Shown here piece after piece: positions 1 to 11,038 of a DNA stretch of 64,000 bases. The translations under genes were made by a program, and so were the position numbers. The DNA is from Convolutriloba macropyga. Lineage: Eukaryota. The notes beneath the pieces are model-generated. The model was not told where the DNA came from, did no database searches, and was given only the letters and a program-made list of their open reading frames with translations. Where the stretch lies: the NCBI RefSeq assembly GCF_964194025.1, contig NC_134475.1, forward strand, positions 11,408,001 through 11,472,000, given 5' to 3'. Each line of letters starts with the position of its first letter. The first letter of the stretch is position 1.

Positions 1-701
1 CTCAAGAATTTATGCAATTCTTAAGATTAGGCAGTTATCCCAGCGGGACTATATTTTCTGCATTACTTGGTTGAATGAAACTAGGTAGTTTAATTGTAAT
101 GATTTTCTTCCCATGAGCCATTATGATGAAAATGTGGCATTGTTGATTTGTTTTTCCTTCCAATACTATAAAGTATCATTTCCCAAGAAAAATGCAGAAG
201 TTTGACAGATTAAGGGCTTTTCGGATTTGAAAAGAAGATTGCAGATTGCCTTATAAGCAATAGTGAGCAAAATTGCATGTTAAACTTTTAAGCCAAAACT
301 GCAGGCTCACGAAAAGAATTTTTCTCGACACATGATTTGATTTGGTCAAAAAAAGAGCCTTGACAAATACAACTTTTTGTCTTGTGATTTGACTGTTGAT
401 CGACGCAATTTTTAGTCCTTGATAATTTATTTTTGGACAAGGAAAAGTTCAGAGCTTATTCTGGTCGAGCAAAGCTTCAACTTAATTTTTTTTGGGTCGC
501 GCAGCAGTCCAGCGTAAATTTTTGCGTCGAGCATAGTCTATTCATATGTTGAGATCTGGACTAGGGTATATATAAATAAATGGATCTATTGTTCACTCTC
601 GCATCATTATAACTTTAAGGTAAATGCGGAGTGGGCTATACTTTACATGACCACTCACTGCGTTGTTTGGTAATAATGGCAAAGAACTGTTATGGGGTGA
701 T

Positions 702-1237
702 TGTGATGTTTTTGATTAAAACATGTGAAGTTATCAAACCAGAGTTTAAATGAGCTAAGTGTCAAATGACTAAGTTCCCCCTATAAAATCAAAAATTCCC
801 CAGTCTGAGTCGAGCAAGTTTCAAAGGTCCTTTTTTGACCCTAGGATACGCCAGAAATGTTTATGCTCTTCGGCCTAAGACTAGCACAATTTGACAGATT
901 ACCAAAGACAACTTTTCATTACTATTTGTATTTCCGAAAGTCGCAACCATGGTAGCAAATCAAGCTCTATAAGTACATCATAATTCGCGCCATTGGCACA
1001 CAAGTTGTGGTTAAAAACGAGAAATCCCTTACTACAAATAATATTGAAAGTGAATGTCAACCATTTCTGACTTCTTCAATAAAATCAACTTGTATAAATA
1101 GCTTCAATTAGCTGGAAATAGGTTGGTGGAATGGAAATCAGGAAATGAATGGGTTTTGGAGGACGAAAGTGTAGGTGGGGGGAGGAAAATGAGGGTGTGT
1201 GGGGAGATAAAATATAAAGGAATTTGGTTTTTTTACA
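702..1237 (-). repeat. 3' LTR of BEL/Pao copy 1
   Basis: Reads tgtgatgtttttgatt...ttttaca and matches 7804-8324, 35605-36126 and 42937-43461. The left boundary is defined by loss of homology. Confidence 0.85.
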
Positions 1238-1325
1238 CTCCCGGCATAAAAAAGGCAACATTTGAAATGAAAATGTAAACAATAAAATAAAGCACAAAAA
1301 GTTTTCTTTCTGATATTGAGTTTTT

Positions 1326-4300
1326 CTAATGTGTTTGTGTTTGTGTGTGTGTTTCTATGAACTTGTTTCCGTGACCCTCCCGCGCACTTGACAATTGCGG
1401 GAATACACGGCTTAGGGTTACTGCTGGTCTCTGTACCATTCCTGTAGACGTCTGGATGTCGAAGCTCCTTGCTATTCCGTCTGAACCTCTGTGTGCTATT
1501 GCAATCCTCCCGAGAGGCCAGATGCCTCTGGGTGTAAAGTCCCTGAGCACACACACAATGTCACCTTCATCCAGCTCATCATTTGATCTTTGCCACTTCG
1601 TTCTCTTGTTCAGCTCAGGAATATATTCCTTCAGCAACCTACTCCAGTAGTGATCAAGTAGTGTTTGCGTTAACTTGAAATCCTTAGTGGAGAACCACTG
1701 GCTGCTGTTCACAAGAAGTTTTAAACACATGTGAGGTCTGCGAAGGTGGAAATGATTCGGAGTAAGTGGTCCCTCATCTGAGATGCTGCAGCCCACATGA
1801 TTTAATGGTCTGGAGTTCAAAATTGCCTCGGCCTCTGCCACAACTGTCTGGAAAACTGAGAGTGTTAGTTTCCGACTGCCCAGCACTATTAGTAGACTCC
1901 TCTTCGCGGTCTGTATCAGCCTCTCCCAGACTCCTCCGAAGTGTGGTGCAATGGAGGGTTGAAAGTCCACTGAATGTTCTGTTGAGCCAATTGCAGTCTG
2001 ATGTACTCGTTGTCTGGCTTGCCCTCTCTCTTGTCCCAAATGTAGAATGATCCAAACATGTCCATTCCTATGTTGACGAAGGGGTACTGCTTGTTTGCAT
2101 CTGGTAATCTGAATTCAGGAAGATCGGCCATCTTCGGTCTCACATTGTCTGCCCTCCATTGTCTGCAAATGAAACAGTATTTGCCAAGACTTCTCAGCGC
2201 CCTTCTCAACCCAATCATCAGGAAAGTCTGTTGCAGGTGAGCCTTCACATATTCCACGACCTGAGAGCCACAGTCATGGGACGCCTTTTCAATCAACAGT
2301 CTTGCAATTTTGCTCCTGCTATGGAGAACAAGAGGATGTTTCGCACTGTAGGTTAGAGTTGCCTTGTCGAGTCTTCCTCCTAACCTCAAGAGTCCGTCGT
2401 CATCTAGAAAGGGAGTGAAGGGCATCAGCTTGTCTCCTTTCTCAAGATTGCCTCCCTTCAACAGTGCAAAAAGTGTTCCTGAGAACAGCTCGTTTTGGGA
2501 CATTTTAATGAGGTGGTTCCTTGCCCTTTTCTCATCTGATGCAAAACTGTCATTGTTGGAGGTCTCAGGTGATTCATTTTGTCTTCTAGTTCGGACTTTT
2601 GCCTTGAAGCGTCCTATTGCCTGGAACACCATTCTAGTAGAGTTGAGTAGTCGGCTCCATGTTGAAAATTTTTCAACCTCAACGACTGGCGTCTGAAGTG
2701 GTGTCGCTTGTGTAGCGCATATGTGGGGATCACTGTCTTCGGCAAAAATCCAGGAGTCTTGAGGTGTGCTCAGAAAGTCCGGTGGTTGAAGCCACAGCTT
2801 TTGTATGTCTGATGGGTTGAGGCCTCGTGTGCCGTGGTCAGCGGGATTAATCTTTCCAGGGATGTGTCTCCAATTGTCCGGGTTGGAATTCTCATGAATT
2901 TTGGTCAATCTGTTGGCAATGTACATCTTCTGTCTCTCCTTGGATTGGATCCATCCAAGTGTAGTGGTGCTGTCTGTCCAAGAGTGTTTTGAACTTATGG
3001 TTGTTGTCATCTCGCTCTCACAAAATCCAGCTAGCTCTGCTCCAAGCGTCGCCGCTTCCAATTCCCGTTTTGGAATGCTCAGCTGCTTGATCGGCGCCAC
3101 TTTTGTTTTACTGATCGCATATCGGGATGTGGAAGATCCATAGGCTTTGGTTGTCCTCACATAAACTATGGCAGCAATTGCACTCATTGAGGCGTCAGTG
3201 AACGTGTGAAGTTGATGGGTTCCATTGGTGCTGGGAATCAAGCATCTAGGAATTTCAATTGAAGTCATGCTGTTGAACTCATCCATCCAATCCTGTAGTT
3301 CCTGTTGGTAGCATTCCGACACAGGTTGATCCCAGTTTCTTCCCTTTTTAATGATTTTTTGGTGAATGCATCTAATTTCGATGGCAAAAGGTGAAATCAG
3401 TCCGACTGGATCGAACAGAGAAGCTGCCATTGAAAGCACTTTTCTTTGAGTCATCTGTTGTCCTGTGTAGAGAAACTTCGGTTTTGCATACATCAACTTG
3501 TCAGTTTTGGGGTCCCACGTCTGACCAAGGATTCTTTGGGCTTTCATTTCCGCCTTGTCTTCTTCCAGTAGGTTATCTAATGCGGCTGGTCTGTTGCTCA
3601 GGAACTTTGCCAGATTGAATCCTCCTGTATGCAAAACAGTTTTGATCTCATCTGCACTTCTGCGGGCCTCCTCTTCAGAAGGGTAGGTCTGCATGAAATC
3701 ATCCATGTAGAACTGCTGCATGATTGATGTGTAGGCCTCTGGATGTTCTTGTTGGTGGTCATTTGCACACTTCGGCAGAACAAAAATCGCCAATGAAGGT
3801 GAGCATGTGGCTCCAAAAATGAGTCGATTGTATTTGATGATCTTTCCATTGCCATTCTGTGTCCACAGAAAACGGAGATAGTCCTGGCCTTGTGGTTGGA
3901 TGCCAATCTGCATGAACATTGCCTCGATGTCAGCTGTGATTGCCACTGAGTACTGTCTGAAGCGGAGAAGAAGGCCATGCAGGTTGCAGAGTAGACCCGG
4001 CCCTTTTAGCAGCGCATCATTGAGTAAGGCACCCTTATATTTGGAAGCAGCATTTGTGACTCTGCGGATTTCATCTGGTTTCTGTTTGTTGATCACTGGG
4101 TGATGGTGAAGGTAACAGACAGAGTGTCTGCAACTGGGGTCTGCAGTTGTGATGTAGTTTTTGTCCAAATCATTTTTGATGGTTTCCTCGTAGCGTTCTC
4201 TCAAAATTGTTTCCCTCTCCAGTCTCTGCTGCAGAGCGTGCCACTGAACTTTGACCATGAACTAGTTGTTAGGAAACTTGATGTCTTTCTTCCATGGAAG

Positions 4301-4783
4301 TCCAATCTGGTATCTGTCACCAATGTGTTTTATGGTATCATTGAGGATGGACAGAGCTTCTTTGTCATCTGCAGACTGTCCCTTTGAAGAACAATGGTTG
4401 AAGTTCACACCTTCAATTGTCCAGAAGAGTTGGATAAGATCTTCATCTGGTTCGTCTTGTCGTCTCCTGATATGATTGAAAAGTGTTATGCTTGTGCTGT
4501 TTGAATGTCCGACCCTCTTCTGTGTGTACCTCTGAGGAATGGACCCTGTCAGTGTCCAGCCAAGCAGAGTGTTGACTCCGTATGGGGTGCCAGTGGGTCC
4601 TGTTGTGAACTCTCTGAAAACCGTTGCTGTGAATGCATCTGCTACAATCAAACTTCCGATCCGGTTGTCTCTGACTGTTGGAAATCTTATGTTCTGGAGG
4701 AGAGAGTGGTCTCTGCAGATCTCATTCAACATTTCAATTTGAACTCTTGGCATTCGAAACTCCTCCATTGCTGTTCCGTACAC
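1326..4783 (-). pseudogene. BEL/Pao pol (RT, RNase H, integrase), frameshifted, integrase core partly deleted
   Basis: ORFs 4262-4783, 1916-4258 and 1326-2039. RT motifs ADIEAMF, FGATCSP, YMDD; RNase H FTDAS, WTDS, NPADHGTR; integrase zinc-finger region (SHDCGS...CFIC), DMFG, GGVWERLI, YIPELNKRTKW. The VSDNG segment present in copy 2 is missing at ~2020. Confidence 0.92.
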
Positions 4784-4811
4784 AGGGGTTCTGAATCACA
4801 GGACAACTGCT

Positions 4812-7055
4812 TCACAAAGCTCCTATGCCGATCGTTACTTCTGCTGTTTTAAATGAGTGTTCACCGTGAAGTGAAGCTAGGTGTAGGGTTATGTCTTTCG
4901 GTTGTTGCACTTGAAGTGCATCAGCAAACTTCTTTGTTGTTTGAGTGATGTCACTGCCACTGTCCAACAAAGCGTAGGTTTCAATGCAAAGATCTGTGTT
5001 GAAAAGTGTTACTCGTATCGCCTGCAATTGTATCTGCGGTCTGATCCATGAAGTTTCCTGTTGGTTGCTGCAAGTGTAGTTTTGTTGCGGAGTAGTTGCC
5101 TGCTGTTGGGCTATAGTGCGTTTATTGTTACTCTGCTGTCTGTTGACGTTGTTCTGCGCGTTCATCGGCTGAGGATGAAAACCGATTTTGTTCCAGTTGC
5201 CCCTGTGTGAAGTGCTGCTGTTAGATCCACTTTGCCTGTTCTCGTTTCCACTCTGTTGGTTGTAGTTTGAACTCAACTGCTGCCTTTGGTTTTCATTATT
5301 ACAGTTACGTCCATAGCTTGACTGGTTTTGGTTTGTTTGGTTTCTGAAGACATTGTTTTGTGAGTTTTGATTCCAGTAACCAATTGGTTGTGCATTTTGT
5401 TGCTGTTGCCTTGCATCTGTCTTATGGAGCGTTGAGTGATGAAAGACATCGCATCTGTCCACAAGGCACCTTGTTTTCGATTGGCAGAGACCCTTTTCGT
5501 GAGCTCTTAGACAGTTAGGGCAGAAATTGAACCTCCTCACACAACCCTGTCGGTCAAATACTGACGTTTCCAAGTATTCGGGACAACGACCAAGGTTGTG
5601 GTTTTGTGAGCAGAGTTGACATGAAACATCTGAAGGCCCCCTTCTAGAAAAAGTGTTTACTCTGGTTCTTTGGTTCCGTTGTGGGGAGATGTCTTCGCAC
5701 GCCTCTGCGTATGAGTCAATGCAATCAGCAAAGTGGGTAAGGTTAGGTGGCAGCAAGCCTTGGCTTCTTGTGTGCTGATGCCATCTGATTATCATGTTAG
5801 GGTTCAGTTTGTCTCTGGCCATTCTCAAGACAGCTGAAGACTTCAAATCAGCTTCAAAGTTGTGAAGCCTGAATGTTTGTACCAGTCGCCTCAAGAAAGT
5901 TGAAAAGCTCACAAAAGTGTTTGGTTCGTCCTGTCTGGGTTTCGCCCACTTCTCCAATTGATCCAGGTATGCAGCGACAATGTGCTGTGGTTTGTCAAAC
6001 TTTTTGGTCAGTTCACCGATGGCTTCATGGTAGTAGTCCCCATTGTAGGAGTATCCACTTATGGAACCTCTTGCTTTATGTGTTACAGAGTTTTGGAGGT
6101 ATGTCATTTTTTGGGCGTCTGAGAGGCCACTGTTGTTGTGAATGGTTGCTTTGAAGAAACTGAACCACTGGTGCCATTTCAGAGGATCGCCTGTGAAAAT
6201 ATCATTTGATATCCTGGGCAAACGCAATGTGTTCTGTATCATCAGTGCTTGGTGTTGCATCCAGTCTGGTGGGAAACTCGGAAAGCCATTGTATAGGTTG
6301 TTGTTATAGCCGTTGTTATTGAGTCCATCAGGTCCACTGAAATTGTTCACTGTTAGTTGATTGGTTTGCGGTGTGTACCAATGGCTCATGGTCGGAGCAG
6401 CCTGGTTATTGTTGTGAAAAGAACATGGTTGTTGCAAATGACCTGCTCTGCTGTCCTCACTCTCATGTCGGCTCTGTCCTTGAACATTGTTCTCTTCTCT
6501 CGATCGTTCATCCGTTCTCAGTGCCCCTGTGAGAAATTCGCGATTTCTTCTTTTATCTTCAATGTTAAGAACGGGTTGAGAATTATCAGGGTCTTCTGAG
6601 TCGGACGAGTCAGCGTTGTTACTTTCCTGATGGTTGCGGCTTGCGAAATGATGTTTCATTGCTCTATTGCGTAAAGGGTACTTTCTCAATAGATTAGGGG
6701 AAGGCGCTGCTGATGTGTTAAAAGCAGATTCAGTGTCACTTGCATCTGTTCTGTGTGCTTTTGCTCTTTGTTTGAATTTCAGCATGGTTATGTTTCTTTC
6801 GGCAAATTCATTTGCAAATGTTGTCAACTCTTCACTTGTCAGCTGTAGCTTCATGAGTTCATTGCAACTTCTGTCTAACTTCTCTTTTTGAGACCTCAAG
6901 AGTTCCAAAGTTTCACGTAGTGTGCTTAGACCTTCCTTACTGTTGCTTTGTTCTTCGAAGAGGTCTTTTACAGCGTTCCACTCTTTCACTTTCAACTGAA
7001 GTTGTTGCTTTAGGCTGTTCTTTGCTGCTGATGATGCTTTGGACTTGTTTGGCAT
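4812..7055 (-). CDS. BEL/Pao gag-protease ORF (747 aa)
   Basis: Coiled-coil N-terminus, FTGDPLKWHQWFSFF gag domain, three Cys/His knuckles (CQLCSQNHNLGRC, CPNCLRAHEKGLC, CLVDRCDVFHHSTLH), N/Q-rich linker and aspartic protease ALLDSGS. Confidence 0.92.
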   Translation of the reverse strand: MPNKSKASSAAKNSLKQQLQLKVKEWNAVKDLFEEQSNSKEGLSTLRETLELLRSQKEKLDRSCNELMKLQLTSEELTTFANEFAERNITMLKFKQRAKAHRTDASDTESAFNTSAAPSPNLLRKYPLRNRAMKHHFASRNHQESNNADSSDSEDPDNSQPVLNIEDKRRNREFLTGALRTDERSREENNVQGQSRHESEDSRAGHLQQPCSFHNNNQAAPTMSHWYTPQTNQLTVNNFSGPDGLNNNGYNNNLYNGFPSFPPDWMQHQALMIQNTLRLPRISNDIFTGDPLKWHQWFSFFKATIHNNSGLSDAQKMTYLQNSVTHKARGSISGYSYNGDYYHEAIGELTKKFDKPQHIVAAYLDQLEKWAKPRQDEPNTFVSFSTFLRRLVQTFRLHNFEADLKSSAVLRMARDKLNPNMIIRWHQHTRSQGLLPPNLTHFADCIDSYAEACEDISPQRNQRTRVNTFSRRGPSDVSCQLCSQNHNLGRCPEYLETSVFDRQGCVRRFNFCPNCLRAHEKGLCQSKTRCLVDRCDVFHHSTLHKTDARQQQQNAQPIGYWNQNSQNNVFRNQTNQNQSSYGRNCNNENQRQQLSSNYNQQSGNENRQSGSNSSTSHRGNWNKIGFHPQPMNAQNNVNRQQSNNKRTIAQQQATTPQQNYTCSNQQETSWIRPQIQLQAIRVTLFNTDLCIETYALLDSGSDITQTTKKFADALQVQQPKDITLHLASLHGEHSFKTAEVTIGIGAL

Positions 7056-7803
7056 ATTGATTGTTTTAGAAGTTTTTTCTTATTTTACAAAGTTTATACT
7101 GCACTGTTACTGCACTATGTTTCCTTGTAACAGCCCTATTCTATCTTTTGTTATGTTAAAACCTAGTGTTAAATGTTAATTTAAATGAGGCTGTTGCTTA
7201 CTGTGCTTAGCTAATGTTTTTTTGCCTAATGTTTGTTTGCTATGTTTTAGCGTGTCGCAATCACTAATCAGTGAAGTTTGATGAAGCTTCGTTAATAAGT
7301 TGTATAGAGTTAAACCTTTTCACTAATCAGTGAAATTCTTGCAGACGTAGACAATTATAATTTTTTGTCCGGTTGCATATTTGTTTTTCGAGCGCGATAG
7401 AAAGAACCCTAACCTGTGGTGGCTAACTTTTGACTAATGTGTGTGTCTACTGACACTAGTTGGGGGGATATCTTCACGTTCCTATAAACCTTAATGTAGC
7501 AAGGGCATACCAGGCCTTGCAACTAATCCTAATTTAATGTGTGTGTGTTAGTGGTGCTTTCAAATTTCACCTAGAGGAGGACCTACTCCTTTCAGAACTA
7601 ATGCGGAAAGATACTATATTGATCCAACGATATCTAGACGCCTATTAAAATACAAGTTTCGAAATGAAGACTTTCAATTCTGCAAGTAAGGCTAGCCCAT
7701 CTGTCGTGACTAGGCATCCCACGCAAGCATCCTTCTCAGGAGAACTCTCAAATCAGTCTTCACTTCTAGAGCCAGATTAAAAATCAGTTGGATCTTTTGT
7801 GGT

Positions 7804-8324
7804 TGTGATGTTTTTGATTAAAACAGGTGAAGTTATCAAACCAGAGTTTAAATGTGCTAAGTGTCAAATGACTAAGTTCCCTCCATAAAATCAAAAATTC
7901 CCCAATCTGATTCGAGCAAGTTTCAAAGGTCCTTTTTTGACCCTAGGATACACCAGAAATGTTTATGCTCTTCGGCCTAAGTCTTGCATACCAAGACAAC
8001 TTTTCATTAATATTTGTATTTCTGAAATTCGCAACCATGGTAGCAAATCAATCTCTATAAGTACATCATAATTCGCGCCATTGGCACACAAGTTGTGGTT
8101 AAAAACGGGAAATCCCTTACTATGAATAATATTGAAAGTGAATGTCAACCACTTCTGACTTCTTCAATAAAATCAACTTGAATAAATTGCTTCAAATAGC
8201 TGGAAATAGGTTGGGGGAATGGAAATCAGGAAATGAATGGGTTTTGGAGGACGAAAGTGTAGGTGGGGGGAGGAAAATGAGGGTGTGGGGGGAGATAAAA
8301 TATAAAGGAGTTGGTTCCTTTACA
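7804..8324 (-). repeat. 5' LTR of BEL/Pao copy 1
   Basis: Reads tgtgatg...cctttaca and is a direct repeat of 702-1237. Confidence 0.85.
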
Positions 8325-8888
8325 AATATAATTTCGTTATTGTCAAAGAGACAGTTTCCTGCTGTTATTGGTGATAGATTAGTTTTTAAATTCGGTGGAA
8401 GTTTGTTAAAATAGTTTTGTTGCTCGGAGAGAGCAATGGGAAAATTAATAGATTCATTGATCTATAAACAAACTTGAAACTCGCAGAAGTCGATGAACCA
8501 ACAATCATGAGGAAAAAGGTTGATAGTGTGCACAATTTCGGCTTGAAAATCATGGTTGGAATCGAGAAAGATCGTCAACCGAGTTACTAAGAGGCTTCGA
8601 AAAAGATACGGAATTCAGATTGAGGGTTTGGCAGTCTTTGCTTATTCGTTCTTCAAACGCTGGAATTTTTTGCCGAAAAGTTTTTTGACAAGACTTGCTT
8701 CGACACTACCTCTGTTGATTGCTTAATTTCCTTTTTCAAGTTTTTGAGCATAATTGCAAATAAAGATTTTTCACTCCAAAGTAATGATTGATCCTTTGGT
8801 ACTTGCTTTTTTATTATTCAAAAATCTTAATGGTCTTTGATAATTAATGACAAATCAAATAATTTTGGCTTTTCGCATTTGTCCGAAA

Positions 8889-9088
8889 NNNNNNNNNNNN
8901 NNNNNNNNNNNNNNNNNNNNNNNNNNNNNNNNNNNNNNNNNNNNNNNNNNNNNNNNNNNNNNNNNNNNNNNNNNNNNNNNNNNNNNNNNNNNNNNNNNNN
9001 NNNNNNNNNNNNNNNNNNNNNNNNNNNNNNNNNNNNNNNNNNNNNNNNNNNNNNNNNNNNNNNNNNNNNNNNNNNNNNNNNNNNNNNN
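8889..9088. other. Assembly gap (N run)
   Basis: 200 N. Confidence 1.
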
Positions 9089-9102
9089 ATTCAAAATAAT
9101 AC

Positions 9103-9891
9103 CTTTGATCTGAATGTGCAGTAGCCAGACTATGTAGAACAGCTCATCTAAGCTCAAGAAGGTCCTATAAAAAGGCGAGAAGTTGCATTTTTGTAGTAAA
9201 TTCAAGATCATTTTTGCAATGAAAATCTTGATAAAAAACTATCAAGAAAACAAAAAAACACGAATATAAAACCCAAATTTGAGAAGGAAACGAACAAAAA
9301 TCGTAACGAAATATCAAAAAGGCTGCTACGTACATACATGTTACTTTCCAGATCATCGTGCCGTTCAACGCTGTCAAAAATGTCCCAGAACATAACTCGA
9401 TAACGCCTGAAGATAGCCATACTGCAATTGTACATGTTTTTCAAGCCATTGACGTGCTCTTGAAATGTGGGTGTTGAAGCCGCCATTTCCATCCAATTGT
9501 TCATTTTATTGAAGAAGTCCGTGATCCTGAAAGTCCACATTAATTTTTCAAAAAGATGGGTGAAACCCGAAAATATATAAAGTACCGAATGTCTGATACG
9601 CGGAGGAACTTATCAAGACTGAGGCCACTTCGTTCTGAGCTCTCTTTGTACTGCTCATATAAACTGCAAGTCAGCCATGTATTCTCATCACCCTAAATCT
9701 ACTGGCATAATAGCAAGTATACAAAGCAGACTACAGTCAGAATAGATTTTCCTTACCTCCAAGTAAAAATTAGCGTCAATCTCTTGGTAGCGTAAATAAG
9801 CGCACTCTATGAGCGCTGCTGTAAATCCTAATGGTTTGCATTTATACTTGGACTCAAAATTCGCAAACAGAACATCGACTTTAAGTTCCAT
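9103..9891 (-). CDS. RBL1/RBL2-like: Retinoblastoma-family pocket protein (p107/p130-like), coding exons 1-4; the gene runs into the gap
   Basis: Exons 9891-9757, 9692-9586, 9526-9338 and 9164-9103 join in frame via GT-AG introns of 64, 59 and 173 nt: MELK...YQEIDANFYLE|GDENTWLTCSLY...LSLDKFLRVSDIR|ITDFFNKMNNWMEMAASTPTFQEHVNGLKNMYNCSMAIFRRYRVMFWDIF...|TFLSLDELFYIVWLLHIQIK. From memory this resembles the p107 N-terminus (NYSLE-GEVTHWLACSLY; LIQFFSKMKKWMDM...FKKYEPIFLDIF; KDLFNFCWTLFVYTKG). Confidence 0.88.
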
Positions 9892-10458
9892 TTTGTTACC
9901 ATGGAAAATCACTGAAAGACCAAAACAAGCCATCAAAATTAATTCTCTTTGATTAAATGGAACACAGCAGAACATAGGGCTGCAGAGCATGACAAAACCA
10001 AAAGAAAATCTTCATAGATCGAATTCGATACCACTAGGAACAGAAGAAACATCCCACGATGTTTTTGAAGCAGAAAATATTCTCGAGATACAGCTTATAA
10101 TGGCAATTAATTCTTAAATCACCTTTATATTGGACATCTATGCTTGCAAATCAATAGTACTTAAGTTTTCTGATTTCCATCATACCGTCTGATCTCAAAA
10201 AAACTAAATTGAGCAATGTCCCTCGCCAACACGGAGTGAAACAACGAAGTAGATCTATCACGGGGACATTTGAAAATTATTTTCTAAGCATTGTTTTGGT
10301 ACATTAAAAATCAGCTCAAGAACAGATGCACTAGTTGAACCAAAAATCAACAGTTAGTATGAATTTGTTAAATGTATTACGATATTTATTATGATAGGAG
10401 GACATTTTTTACTTGCAAGAAGCTTTTACTCCGCGTTCGAGATGAATAAATTAAAAAA

Positions 10459-10618
10459 CGGATCTATTCCGTTTGTACCCCCAGCTCAGTGGGCGCATAT
10501 TATTTGCACCCCCAGACTCAAGTGTCATATTTTTACATGATGATTTATTACGCAATGACATGTGCTTTGTAACTGGGGGCTCATAACGTACTGGGGGGAC
10601 ACAAACGGAAAAGATCCG
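10459..10618. mobile_element. 160-bp MITE-like element with ~26-bp imperfect terminal inverted repeats, embedded in a larger dispersed repeat
   Basis: cggatctattccgtttgtacccccag ... ctggggggacacaaacggaaaagatccg. Copies at ~13439-13598, inverted at ~26758-26920 and partial at ~24900. Confidence 0.65.
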
Positions 10619-11038
10619 AAAAAACTGGCAACTGTCAAGCGCCGTACATTTGATTAGCTATTTGTTTATGTTTGTTTTAATATCGATACCTAAACTTTAG
10701 GGTTTCATGTACACATATGCCAAGGCATTGTTGTTTGTTCTCATTAAAGGTAAAAAAGAAAAAGTAGTTAAGTAGATAAAAAACATTTGCATTCATTGTC
10801 AAGCACGTTTAAAATAAACTAAACAGGTAAAGTAATTTACTGGTACAGCCTTGGTGGTCCCCGGTTATAAAAGCTGTTGCTGCCAGCTTCTTTGCGAAAC
10901 TCAGCCCTGAGTTTTTTTAGATACAGCACCGCTCGTATAATTTCCGATTACTAGCCCGAGTCTTTCCCATTATATCCCCCCCCCCCCAAAATATAGCCCC
11001 CCATTACGGTATAATTACCGTGATTAGGGGGCTATAGG

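Larger units (their letters stand above)
702..8324 (-). mobile_element. BEL/Pao LTR retrotransposon copy 1 (defective)
   Basis: Two ~520-540 bp direct repeats with TG...CA ends (702-1237, 7804-8324) flank gag-PR-RT-RH-IN in BEL/Pao order. A purine-rich gccgggag lies just before the 3' LTR on the minus strand. Confidence 0.95.
1..8888. repeat. Segmental duplication copy A (paralogous to 34931-44410)
   Basis: ctcaagaatttatgcaattc at 1 recurs at 34931. Colinear similarity runs through both flanks and the whole BEL/Pao element to ...gtccgaaa (8888 vs 44410), with scattered substitutions and indels. Confidence 0.95.

Noticed and set aside
1456-6891. Plus-strand ORFs overlapping BEL/Pao gag-pol (also 36341-42028)
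   Set aside because: They are antisense shadows with no recognisable motifs; their recurrence reflects the duplication.
8325-8888. Continuation of Rb-like exons left of the gap
   Set aside because: No reading frame resembled the expected next pocket-protein segment.
8837-9211. ORFs spanning N runs (also 44499-44803)
   Set aside because: They are artefacts of assembly gaps; only 9103-9164 is a supported exon.
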